Shown piece after piece: positions 51,112 to 62,100 of a stretch of 64,000 nt of DNA (its first letter is position 1; every line of letters begins with the position of its first letter). The position numbers were made by a program, and so were the translations under genes. The stretch comes from Rhizaria sp. SCN 62-66 (lineage: Eukaryota). The notes below the pieces were generated by a model. It saw only the letters and a program-made list of their open reading frames with translations. It ran no database searches and was not told where the DNA came from. The DNA lies in assembly GCA_001724265.1 (NCBI GenBank), contig MEDY01000012.1, positions 62,001 through 126,000 on the forward strand, read 5' to 3'.

Positions 51112-54100
51112 GCTGCGGCGGCTGCCAGGCGTCAGAGCAACTTCGACCGCGCCAGCTCCCGCGTTCTGCGCGAGGTTGACTCTGCGCTAGTGAAGCTCAT
51201 CACGGGCGTGCGTACCAGCGATCAGCGCGCGCGCGAGAGTCGGCGCGCCGCCCGCGCGGCCGAGGGCGACACGGACGGGCTGCAGAGGCAGGCTCTGCGG
51301 TCGACCGAGAGCATTCTCGCTGAGCTGACGTGCAAGGACACGCTGCAGGTCGGCAAGAAGAACAAGGGCAAGAGCAAGAAGCATGGCAAGAACGAGCACA
51401 ATGGTTGCGTTTCTACGCTTGATGCTGCTTGTCCTCACGCGAACTCGCGGTCGTACCTGTCTTCATCCAGCTCCGGCAAGCACCGGCGCAGTAGCGCCAG
51501 CGGCCGCAGCGGCAGCAGCGCGACGCGGTCCGCGATCGCCAACGCCGTGCTAAGCTCGCGCCCCTTGGCGGCCACGATCGACGCCGCAGTGCTGTTGATC
51601 GCGTCCCAACGCATGGCCGACATGGCGCTGTCGTCGATCCTGCGCACCATCGTCGCCGTGCGCGCGTCGCCGGGGCTGAGCCGCATCGTCGAGGCGCACC
51701 TGCTCCCGTCGCTTCCGCACTTCCGCGTTGCGCTCGGCTTCGGCCTCCACGTCGGCTGGATGGTCGAAGGCGCGATCGGCTCCAACAAGAAGCTCGACGC
51801 TGCCTACGTCTCCCCGCACGTGCAGCTGACCGAGACGCTTGAGTCGGCGACGAAGCACTACGGCGTGCCGCTGCTGATGAGTGGCGAGTTCGTCGCGCTT
51901 CTGTCGCCGGCGATGCGCGTGTTGTGCCGCAGGCTCGACCGCGTGGTCATCCCGAACAACAGCTACACTGCGCCGACGGCCGCCGCGACGACGGCCGACC
52001 AGCAGCAGGTCGCGGCTGGCGGCGGCAAGACGGCGGCGTCCTCTGGTAGCGCTACTGCGTCGACTTCGAACGGCGGCGCAAGCGCAAGCGCAAGCGTGAA
52101 CGCGAATCAGAAGGCCGCGCTCTGGATGGATCTCTACACGTTTGACATCAACAACGAGGCACTCGACGACACCGCCTTCGGCCCGCTTTTGCCCGAAGAC
52201 CTCGAGCTCGCATACGCGGCCGTCACCGACGCACAGGCAGCGGCGCGCGCTGCGGCCGAGGAGGCCGAGGCAGCGCGCCAGCTGCAGCTGCAGTTGCAGC
52301 TCCAAGCCCAGGCCCAGGTGCAGGCTCAAGCCCGTGCACAGGCTCTTGCGCAGGCTCAGCAGCAGAACGCGACGCCTGCAAGTGCCTGGCGTGGCGGCAA
52401 GAACAACGGGGCGCTCGACGAGTCTAATGCCATTACCGGGACGCCTGGGACACTTATGCGCGGAAAGTCTCACCGCCGCAGTCTCATTCAGCAGCAACAA
52501 CAGCAGCAACAAATGGGCGATGCGCTGAACTCTTCGAACGGTGGTATTACGAGTGGTATCTTTGGTGGTGCAAACGGGTTTAACTTCAACGCCACCAATA
52601 GTGTCAATGGCGAGGCGGTCGCTTCTGTGACCGGCTCGGTGCGACAAAAGCACCGTCGTCGCCGTGGCAGTGCTATCAAGCAGTCGCTGCAGCCACAGAC
52701 CGTGTCTGTCCAGCAGCAGCAACAACTACAGCAAGGTGGTGACTTGAGCGTGCTTGAGCGTGCGAACTCGAACTCCTCCGGCTCATCGTCCGCGTCTTCT
52801 TCCGCCGCTGCCGCGTCTTCATCGTCAGCCGCGACGGCGACGACGAACAGCAGCAGCAGCAGCTCCTGCATCGTGACCATCGGCGCGCCCGTCGCGATGG
52901 GCAGCGGCCTGAACAACGCCAACTTTGGCGCGATCGCGATCAGCCCGTCGGTTACCGTACACTCGCAACATACCTCGTCATCGTCGTCGTCCTCGCTGCC
53001 CTCATCCGCCTCCACCGGCACCGCGGTGACCACCCCCGCCGCTGGCGCCGCCGCGGCCGCCTTTGGGTTTCCTCCCGCGGCTGCAACGACAAGTGATGCA
53101 ACCGCGACGCATATCAGCAACAACGGCAGCAGCGGTAGTGGCAATGGCAACGGCAGCGGCAGTCTCACCGCGGCAGCTGCCCCCCAGACGAGTGACTTCT
53201 TCACTCTTCCGGGACTCGACTTAAACAACAACATGAACCCCAATGTCGGCCCTCTCGGCGCTACTGGCCCCGGCGTTGGCGGCGTTGGTGGGGCAGGAAG
53301 GGGCTTCCTGCGTCCGACCGTCCTGGGCGACCCCCTCGACGTTGTCGTCGAGTCGGAGGGCGACGAGGAGGAGGAGGCCAACTCGCCGCGCAATCTCCTC
53401 TCGAACACCCACGCCAACGCTGCCGCCCGCGCGAACGCGCATATGCATGCTTCGCATATGCATGCTCCTGCCACCGGTCACACTCACGGCCACGACGCTG
53501 ACGGCGATGCGGTCATTGACCTCATCACGCCCGGCGCTGCCGCTACTGGCACTCGTGTCGCCAATAACCATCCCGGCGCGATGCGTCCCCAGCAGAACAA
53601 GCCGCGCGGCGGCGAGGAGGAAGGCGAGGAGGAGGGCGAGGACAACTACGACTTCAACGTCACGACCCCCGCGAGCATCGCCGTCGCCACGCTGTCTCGC
53701 CCTCGCGGCAGCGGCAGCGCGCTGCTGTCCCGCGGCGCCCACGGCAGCGCCGGCATCAGCCACAGCCAGAGCGGCAAAGCGCCAGCCGCCGGACTGCACT
53801 CGGACACGATGTACTACCGCCGCTCGCGCGACACGGCGCCGCCTACTCTCTCGCGCCCCGGCTCCGAATCAGTGTCCACGGCCGGCAACGGCGCCGGCGC
53901 CGGGGCGGATGGGACGAACGCGCACGACGGTGTCGGCTTCGAGTCGCCGCCGCCCATCGCCGCGATGCTTTCCCCCGTCGTGCAGCCGCAGCAGCCGTCT
54001 CAGCCTTTTGCTCCAGCTTTCGCGGCTGTTGCGACCGTGCCGTCGGCAGTGCCGCGCACATCGCGCGGCGCGTCGTCGCGCCCGGAGCTGACACAGTCTA

Positions 54101-55860
54101 ACTCGATGGACGCACGGCCCGAGCTCATTAAGGACGCCAGTAATGACACCGTCACAATGGCGACTGCGCTGGTCGAGGCGCGGCTGCAGCTAATGGTCAA
54201 CAACGCTGGTAACTCCAAGGCCGTCGTGACGCTGCCCGCGTACGAGGCCACTGGGCCCCGCCTCTCGGCCTCGCGTCCCGGCCCCGCCGGCTCTGGCTCC
54301 GGTCCGAACGCCGGCGCTGGCGCAGGTGCGGGCGGGCTGGAGAGGGGCAGTGTGACCGCGATGCGGCCTGCGCGTGGCTCAATCACAGCGGCAGCGACAG
54401 GAACTGGGGCGACTGGGATTGACAGCTTCGGGGCAAGCGCCACTGCCGGCACTGGCGCCCCGCAGCACCCCTACAGTTACAGCCTCGGGACCGCGAATCC
54501 GCCAAACTACAGCAGCTCGCTTTCGCCGTCGAATATGAACACGAGCGGGTACAACGCTGCCAACGGCATGATGTTCCCGTCCGCCCAGGGCCAGCCCAAC
54601 GGCTACCCGCACAGCCACAGCCCCGGCCACGGGGGGTACGACGGCAACGACGCGTCCTACTCGCAGTCGCATTCGCACAGCGGGTACTCTCAGAGCGGGT
54701 ACTCGCAGCTAGGCCGCGGCAGCGCGAGCGCCCACACGCTCCCGCAGCTGCTGCCGATGCCGTTCCTCGCCAAGGCCCCGTCCGACGGCTCTGCGTCGTC
54801 GAACGCGACGGGGTCGTCGCTGACCGTCTCGTCGCCCGGGTCGAGCACCAGCTCCGCGTTCCACGGCTTCGTGCCGTCGCCCAACAACAACAGCAGCAAC
54901 AACTACAACGGCAACTTCAACATCAACAATAGCATGAACAATAATACCAGCAGCTACAGTCAGAATGCGGGTTACTTCCCACAGAACAACAGCAACACGT
55001 TCGCGACGAACGCTGCGGTTGATATCTCTGTTTCCACCGTCAGTAGCAACAACACGACCGCCAGTGCTCTGCCCCCCATTCCCCCGACTCCCGCTGCTGC
55101 CGCTGCCACAGCATACGCCGCAGCCTCTGCCGCCTCTGCCGCTGCCGCAGCCACCGCCGCCGCCTCCGCTGCCGCTGCTTCCGCGGCCGCCAACGCCCAG
55201 CTGCCGTCCGCGCGCACGGCGGCGCACGCGCTGCTGGTCTCTTTGTTGCAGCAGTCTAGCGGCGGCCTGCGCGCTTTCGGAGATGACACCGTCTTCCGCG
55301 CGCGGTCTAGCGAGGGCCCCTCGCCCGCAGCTACGGCGCCCTTCGCGCCGCCCAGCCTCGAGTCGATGGAGGCCGAGTACGCGCTGTATGAACGCGCCGC
55401 ACTGGCCCGCCTTGACCCCGAAGACCTGCGCACGCGCTCTGGCCCCGCCTTCGTGAGAGGTTTTGCGCCGCTTGACGCCGCTGAGATCGCGCACTGCCGC
55501 GGCAAGGCGCGTGCCGCGCTGGCGGCGCTGGCGGACGCAGAGAACGCGGGGACCGAGATCGCGAGCAACGCCGCCGTGATGGCGCAGCTGCCGCAACTGC
55601 CCGCGCTGGAGGAGGGCCGCACATCGGTGCCGGTGACGGCGCTGCAGAGGGGCATCCCGCGCGCTTTCCACGCGCACACGGCGCTGGGCATGCACCACTA
55701 CGTGCGTGGGCGCTGGGGCCGCGCGCGGCTGCACCTGCTGCGCGCCGCCGAGGTGTACCCCGACGGCGACGAGTCGCAGCTCCCCGTGGTCAAGTTCATG
55801 GCTGAGCACAATTTCATCGCGCCGCCTGGGTGGAAGGGCTACCGTGTGCTCGAGCTGTAA
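25657..55860 (+). CDS. Giant voltage-sensor/ion-channel-like class III adenylyl cyclase fusion (Paramecium/Plasmodium AC-alpha type); 10,067 aa if the TAGs at 29218 and 43150 are read through
   Basis: Track ORFs 25639.., 29269.. and 43240.. share one frame. Family blocks occur in the expected order: S1-S4 (29905-30300, S4 MRYIRLVRMLRL), S5 (~39880-39960), S6 plus LVVRPLRNM (~42001-42160), GFGEAG (~42290), cyclase N-half (GFCDVRQFTD..NKNVGDAFLLVW, ~42870-43080), cyclase C-half (GFGLHVGW.EGAIGS.KLDAAYVSP, 51613-~51950), TPR-like tail ending APPGWKGYRVL (~55660-55857). Stop TAA. Confidence 0.8.
26197..26241 (+). repeat. Perfect (GGC)15 microsatellite, poly-Gly
   Basis: Read directly; in frame. 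Confidence 0.95.
26536..26607 (+). repeat. Poly-Gln (Q24), mixed CAA/CAG
   Basis: Read directly; in frame. Confidence 0.95.
29218..29220 (+). other. In-frame TAG (context PPSSGA*AAAHAG)
   Basis: GCG TAG GCC; 16 GC-rich sense codons lead to the next in-frame ATG with no AT-rich spacer. Confidence 0.7.
43150..43152 (+). other. In-frame TAG between the two halves of the cyclase domain (context SGSSSS*NLSSSSSSS)
   Basis: TCC TAG AAC; the Ser run continues on both sides, and the second half of the catalytic domain lies downstream in the same frame. Confidence 0.85.
45631..45717 (+). repeat. Poly-Asp tract (D7-N-D21), GAT/GAC
   Basis: Read directly; in frame within the cyclase insert. Confidence 0.9.
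51043..51105 (+). repeat. Perfect (CAG)21 microsatellite, part of Q23
   Basis: Read directly; in frame. Confidence 0.95.
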
Positions 55861-56158
55861 ACACATCACGTACTCTGTTCTTAACCACGCTTTCATCATA
55901 ATCGTTGTAAGACAAGAAGAGATGAGTTGATGAACAGAAGATATTCTTGTTCTGTATTATTCTTTTCTTTAAATTATGGTTTTCATTTCATTTCAAAAAT
56001 TACTGTTTTATCTATAGTATAATTACCTAGTGAAAATTATTATTGCATTATTGAACCCCAATCAATACATATTATCTCGTTGAATTTACCAATAATCATA
56101 TTAAGGTAAACATGACACAATGACGACAGCTACGCGCTCACAGAAAGCATCCATATGC

Positions 56159-59100
56159 TTACTGCGTCGCAGCGCCCACATCCACAAACATGTCATCGGG
56201 GTCGTCCATCCTCAGCACACCGCGCTCGCCCAAGTCGTGCGCCTTGCCCGCCCGCGACGCCAGCGCGGGCCCGTTGGGGTCGCTGTAGCCCAGCGACCAC
56301 CACCCGCTGCCGGCGGCGCCGCGCGTGGTGCCCACCGCCGCAGCCGCGGCCGTCGCGGAGCCGCCCTCACCGGGGCCCAGCCCCGCGTCGACTGCGGCGG
56401 TTGCAGCGGCGTTCTCCTCGCGGCGCGCCTCGCGCACGCGGTCCTTGACCATCTCGCGCGTGTAGCCGAACTCGGCCGCGTCCTTGACGTCCTCGGGCGC
56501 CGCCCCGGACCGCAAGAGCACCTCGACGCGCTGCCGCGCCGCCGCCTGCACGTTGGACGCCGGCAGCGGGTCCACGTGCGCGGGGGCGCCTCGCAGCGCG
56601 AGCTCGACCGCGGACGAGTGCAGAGCGCGCCGGGCCGGCGTGCCGGCGGCAGTGCCGGCGTGGGGGCCGCCCGCGCGCGCGTTGGTGCTGTACTGCGCCG
56701 TGTCGTCGTTGCCGTACCACGGCGTGCCGTCGGCGCCGTACGCGCGAGTGACGCTGTTGCGAGGCCGGTTGCTGCGGCGGCGACGGCAGCAGCCCGACGA
56801 CGACGCCTGAGCATCATCGTCCGCAGCGGCCGCTGCGTTATCGGCGCCGCGGCCGTTGTCGTCATCGTCGCGACTCTGGTAATCGTTGCAGCAGCCGCAG
56901 CAGTAGCAGCCGCAGCACGCTCTATGCACGCTGTCGCCCGCCTTGGACACCGTGCGCACGCAGCGGCGCCAGCACAGCGTGGTCGCGATGGCGGCGTAGA
57001 TGTTGCTGAAGGTCGACGAGGGCCCGATGAGGAGCAGCAGCACGGGGATGACCGCAATGGCGACGAAAACGCTATAGATCTGGCATAGGAAGAAGAGGAT
57101 CGCAAAGGAGCGGAAAATCGCGGTGGAGGAGATGAAGAGGAAGACCAACGGGACAAGCGTGACAAGGAAGGCGCAGATGACGGGGAAGCTGTTCTTGGTC
57201 AGGGTCTCGCGGACGCGGTCGTAGGGGTTGAACGCCGAAGCGTTGAGGTAGCCCTCGACGATGAGTGTGAAGTGGACCGCCGACACACCCGGGATGACCA
57301 GCAGCGGCACCGTGGTGACCAGACCGGCGTTGTACTGCAAGGCGGCGACGAGTCCGACAAGCACGCAGACCACGCTCGCGGCCGCCACGGCGACGAGGAA
57401 GGAGAGAAAGATGTGGCCCGTGGCGAGAAATACGGCGACGAAGACCATAGCGATTGTGAGACCCGTGCCTTGCACAAGTTCACGACCCTGAAGAAAGAAA
57501 GAGTAAATAAAGGTTGAAGCGGTAATGAGTTCGTTGTGATGAGACTTTGACATGAGTTAATGCGTAGTGGGATTCTAGTCGTTTGCGAATAGGCGTACCA
57601 TTTCAGAGAGGAAGAAGTAGAAGTGCCAGGGGTCCCACATGGTGATGACGCCAAACTGGAAGCCCGTGTGCGTGCCGACAGAGAGCGTGGACTGGCCGCG
57701 GATGGGGCCGACGTGGCCCGCGATGGCGTCGAACGACACCGGCCCGAACGAAGTGGGGTTGGCGCTGGTGTTGGGCGACCCGTCGGGGTTGACCGCGTTC
57801 ACGCGCGACAGGGGCGACGCGGCACCGGCGGCCACGCCTGCACCAGAGTCAGTGTCGCTGTCGTTGGCCATGACGCGATACACATCAGCGAGGACGTCGG
57901 AGTGTGACAAGGATAGCTGAGACTCACCATCAGCATCTGAATCAGAGTCACTGTTCGAGTCCGAATCCTCTGGCGCGTCGGAGTCATAGCTGAGGGTTTT
58001 CTTGTTCAAACCCGTAATCGGCACAGCAGCAGCGGGACTGACCGTCGGCGCAATACGGACGTCTTGCGGCAGAAAGCGGTCGACTGAAGCGAACAAGTCC
58101 TGGAAGAAAAGCGTGACGTTGCCGTCGTTGCTGGCATTGTAGGGCGCAGCGTAGTTGGCGCAGCTCGACGACGGGGAAAGAGGACCGAGGAAGGCCGTGG
58201 TGAAGGCCTCCCAGACCCAGAAGAGCCGCTTGCCGTCGTAGTAGTTGATTGAGCTCGACTGGGACAGATCGACCTATGAGAAGACAAACAAACGAGCATG
58301 ATCAGAATATTGAGTTAAGTAAAATGAGGATGGGATTTAATCAATAAAGTTGAGCAAAACAGCATTCGAAATTGGAGTGATCAGACGCACCTGCACTGTG
58401 AAAAGGCGTGTAGAGATAGTACTGAAGTCAATGATCGCTCCCGGCAGCACGCTACTGTTCGCGGTGAGCTTCACATCGAAAACATAGTCGCGACCATTCG
58501 CAGTGGCAAGATTGATAGCTTTGTTGCTGATCTCAGTCGCTGCGACTTCGAGCGCAAACTGGGAGCTCGGCCGGTACCACGCAGGCGTCCGGCTCTCGTA
58601 GCCAGGTAGCGAGCTGAGAAGAGAGCTTACAGTCACCTGCGACGGAGTGAGGCCGCCACTATACATCGTATTGTCGCTGAAGCGACTGTTTGACGACAGC
58701 GCGCGGTTACGGTGACGCAACCATTCGCGACGTAGCTTTCGATGCACGCTGTCGCTGGCAATAAACCCATCATCACTGCCGATAGCGCTGTGACTTTCAC
58801 CAGTAGAGTTATCGTCTCGTCGCTGCTTTTGCTTGTTGCTGGTAGTGTTCGTAAGAATAAGATCTTCATCATCTGGCACGTGAAACACCAGCATATCACG
58901 GTACTTTTCGTAGCATCTAATGTCCGCACCCTGATCCTTGCAGTCGCCTTCCAGCGCCACAAATGTGAAGAAGTAGTCCCAGAACTTGTCCTCAGTGAGC
59001 GTTGTGTTGCGCATGCCGCCGGGGACGTTCTGCAGGCCGTACTGCGACACGGAGCCGGTGGCCATCCAGTCCGAGAGCTCCGCAATCAGACACGTCGGCC

Positions 59101-62100
59101 CCGTTGTGTTGGACTGCGCCAGCAGCCGCAGCCGGTCGTTAGACACGCCGAGGATGCCGCAGAAGTCCATAATGCAGTTGCGCATGGCGAACAAGTCCAC
59201 GGAGTTGTCCGTGCTGACGAGATCCGTCCACACCGGCTCGCCGAAGGACCAGGGGTCGAGCGTGTTGGCCGTGGAGCGGTCCACGGGCCGGTACGCGTTG
59301 AGCCCGAAGCTGAAGTCGAGCACGATGCTGCTGCCAAAGCGGAACTGCGCGCGCGCCGCCGTGAAAGCGTTGATGGGGTGCGTGTCGACGAAGATGGCGC
59401 TCGTGACGGACCGGCTGTCAATCGTGATGAGCGTGCAAAAGTACACGAACACGCCCACAATCAGCGCGCCCAGAAACAGCACCGCAAGGCGGTTCTTCAC
59501 CAGGAACAGAAGCATGCGCGTGTGAAACAGCGTCTCGAACGGGCTCAGACGCGCGTACTCACCGGACCCCGCGCCGCCGCCGAGACCACCGCCGGCCACC
59601 GCGGCGGCGCCAGCGCCTCTACTGGGGCCAGCGCCGCTGGCCCCGGCCGCGCCGCCGCTGCTGTTGTTGCCATCGCCGTTGTTGGAACCGAGCAACGGAC
59701 CCGTTGAGGCAGCGCCGCCGCCCGCGCCGCCGCTGCCGCCGCCGCCGGTCTCGGCGTCCAGCCCCTGAAGCCTGGCGAGCGAGATGTCCTTGCGGTAGGG
59801 CCGGAAGCAGATGCAGCAGCGGCGGTCGTAGAGGTACTTGTGGTGGCACGTGATCGCCGCGGGCCAAACAAGGATGATGAGGATGAAGTAGACGATCGCG
59901 AGCACCGCCGCAAAGAGCGAGAAAGCGCGCAGGGCGGGCAGTCGGAGCGCGATGTTGACCAGCATGGCGAGCACGAGCGCGCCGATGGCCAACGCGAGCG
60001 TAAAGGACGAGGAGCGGAACGTCCACGAAAGCCGCCGCCAGATCCAGGACGGCATGTACCGCTTCGAGGCCTCAAGTGGTCGCAGCGCGTCGGCCGTGAT
60101 GGCCGCGATGTACTGCGCGCGCAGCCGCTGCCGGCTCGCCGTGTCGCCCCCGCCGGCGGCACCCTCGCCGCCCGCGGCCGCGGCGTCGGCGTCCGCGTTG
60201 CCGCGGTTGCCGCGGCCCCGACTGTTCGTGTTGAACGCGAAATCGTCGTCGTCGTCGTCGTAGTCGTAGTCGTACCCACTGCCGTTGGGGCCGCCCGCGC
60301 CGTCGCCGCCGTCGCCCGCGGCGGCGTCGCCCTCCGCGCGTAGCTGCAGCCGGCCGGAGCGCGCGAGGATGGGGATGGGCGCGTACAGCCGCTCGGCCTG
60401 GTCCCAGCGGTTCATGTAGATGATGACGAGGAAGTGGCCGACAAACATCATGACGACGACGGCGAGCAGGTGAAAGAGCCCGATGTACTCATAGCCGCAA
60501 GCGCGGTAGAGCAGGTACGCGGGCGCGCAGCCGCCGAGGAAGAGCGACATGGCCGCGACGGCGAGGATGCTGGAGCGAAGGTAGATCGCCATGCCCAGCC
60601 AGAGCGTGATCACAGAGGCGATGAGCAGAGGCGAAGACAAGAAAAGCTCCTCGGCGAACAGTCCCTCGAGCGCGCCGGACTTAATGGCCTCAAATGTGAT
60701 CGAGATCTGGGGCTCGAAGAAGGAGCTGCTCGAGATGACGGTCGACAGAAAGTCCTGCACCACGTAGTTCTCGATGTCTTTGGTCTGGGCCGCTTGGTCG
60801 ATGATCGACGTGTTGAACCCTTCCAGCGGCAGCGCCATCTTGAACCGCGAGCGCACGGCGCGCCCAGTCGGGTTCCCGTTGCCGAACGTCATATCCACCA
60901 GGTCGAACCACTGCGGCGACACCGGCGCCGATGCGTACAAGTTAAGCCGCCTGTTCTTGATGTTCTCGTCGAGCTGTCCGTCGGCGGTGAGCAGCCCCAT
61001 GGGGATGCAGACGCCGTCGTCGCACGTGGCTGGGTCCACCGGGGTCGCCGCGGGGCGCAGGTAAGCCGCGCACGTGCCAGGGTCGTTAAACGAGTCGTCG
61101 TCGACCTGGATCGTCTCGCGCGGGCCCGCTCCGGCGCGCGCGCTGTTGTTGCTGCGTGAGTACTGACGGCCGAGCTGCTCGAATTGCGCGGAAAGCGCTT
61201 CCAGCTCGGCGAGCTGCTTGCGCAGGTTGTCTCCCGGGAAGCGCGGCGCCATGCGCCGGGCCGCCGCGGCGATGCGCGCAGAGCGGGCTAGGATTTGGTC
61301 ACTGATGCTCTTAATGTCTCTAGCGTCGCCATCAATAGAAGTCGAACGCGAGCGGCGCGCCAACTCGCGACTGGGGACGTGGCTCAGCTTGCGGCGCGGG
61401 TCGTCTGGCGCCGGCGGGCGGAAGCGCGGCAAGCCGTCGGCCAGTAACAGGTCGCGCGAAAACTTGGGGTGCGTCGGGGGCATCGACGCCTCAGCAGAAT
61501 CACTTTGTGTCGAGGCGTGCTTAGACGCCTTGAACGGAACCCGGTTGGGCGCGTTCGCCGTGGAGTCGCGCTGGACGTGGGTGGTTTTTGACCGCAGGTG
61601 CGACGGCAGTGTCGCCTGTGTCTTGAAGCCCCGGGACGCGCGACCGCCGCTGCCCGCATCCGTGGGGTACAGCTCGTCACTCTCAGCCTCGTCGGCGGCG
61701 AGCGAGGCCGTTGAGAAGTTGTACGGCGGGACGTTGTCGACGTTTGACACCGCGGGGATGAGCGTGCCCGCGTGCCACGCGCAGCCGACTTCGCCAACGT
61801 AGCGGCTGTTGTAGTAAGCGAGGTTCACCAGCGTCTGGTTCAGAATACTGTGAAAGTTAGGAAGCAAGGAAGCAACAATTTATGAAAATTGTGATGAGAT
61901 CAAGATCATATGGGTTGACGGCGTTGTGTAACGATTGATACAATTGAATATAGCAAAATGGTGATGTAAAACATGCGGGCTGTTAACTTGGGACGTACTA
62001 GACTGCGGTGTCATCATCCCATAAAAATGCGACTGTAGCCGACATATAGCGTGACAGAAGCTGGTTATCTTCAGCACCTTCAATAGCGTAGCCAGTCGTG

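Noticed and set aside
43081-51612. Intein within the cyclase domain
   Set aside because: No Hint-type C/S...HN-C/S/T ends or homing endonuclease motifs seen; the insert is low-complexity.
25657-55860. Viral polyprotein/readthrough or retroelement gag-pol interpretation of the stop-separated giant ORFs
   Set aside because: No RT, integrase, protease, helicase or capsid motifs and no LTRs or TIRs; the motifs found are those of a cellular cyclase.
2-55860. Decayed pseudogenes as the explanation for the internal stops
   Set aside because: No frameshift or internal TAA/TGA over ~15,800 codons rich in slippage-prone repeats. Only very recent nonsense alleles or base errors remain possible.
57575-57577. 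TAG ending track ORF 57575..58096
   Set aside because: It lies inside the 111-nt intron, so it is neither a true stop nor a recoded codon.
61996-62001. Apparent fourth in-frame TAG on the minus strand in the RND gene
   Set aside because: It spans the exon/intron boundary TA|GTACGT; splicing gives TAT (Tyr) in the correct phase.
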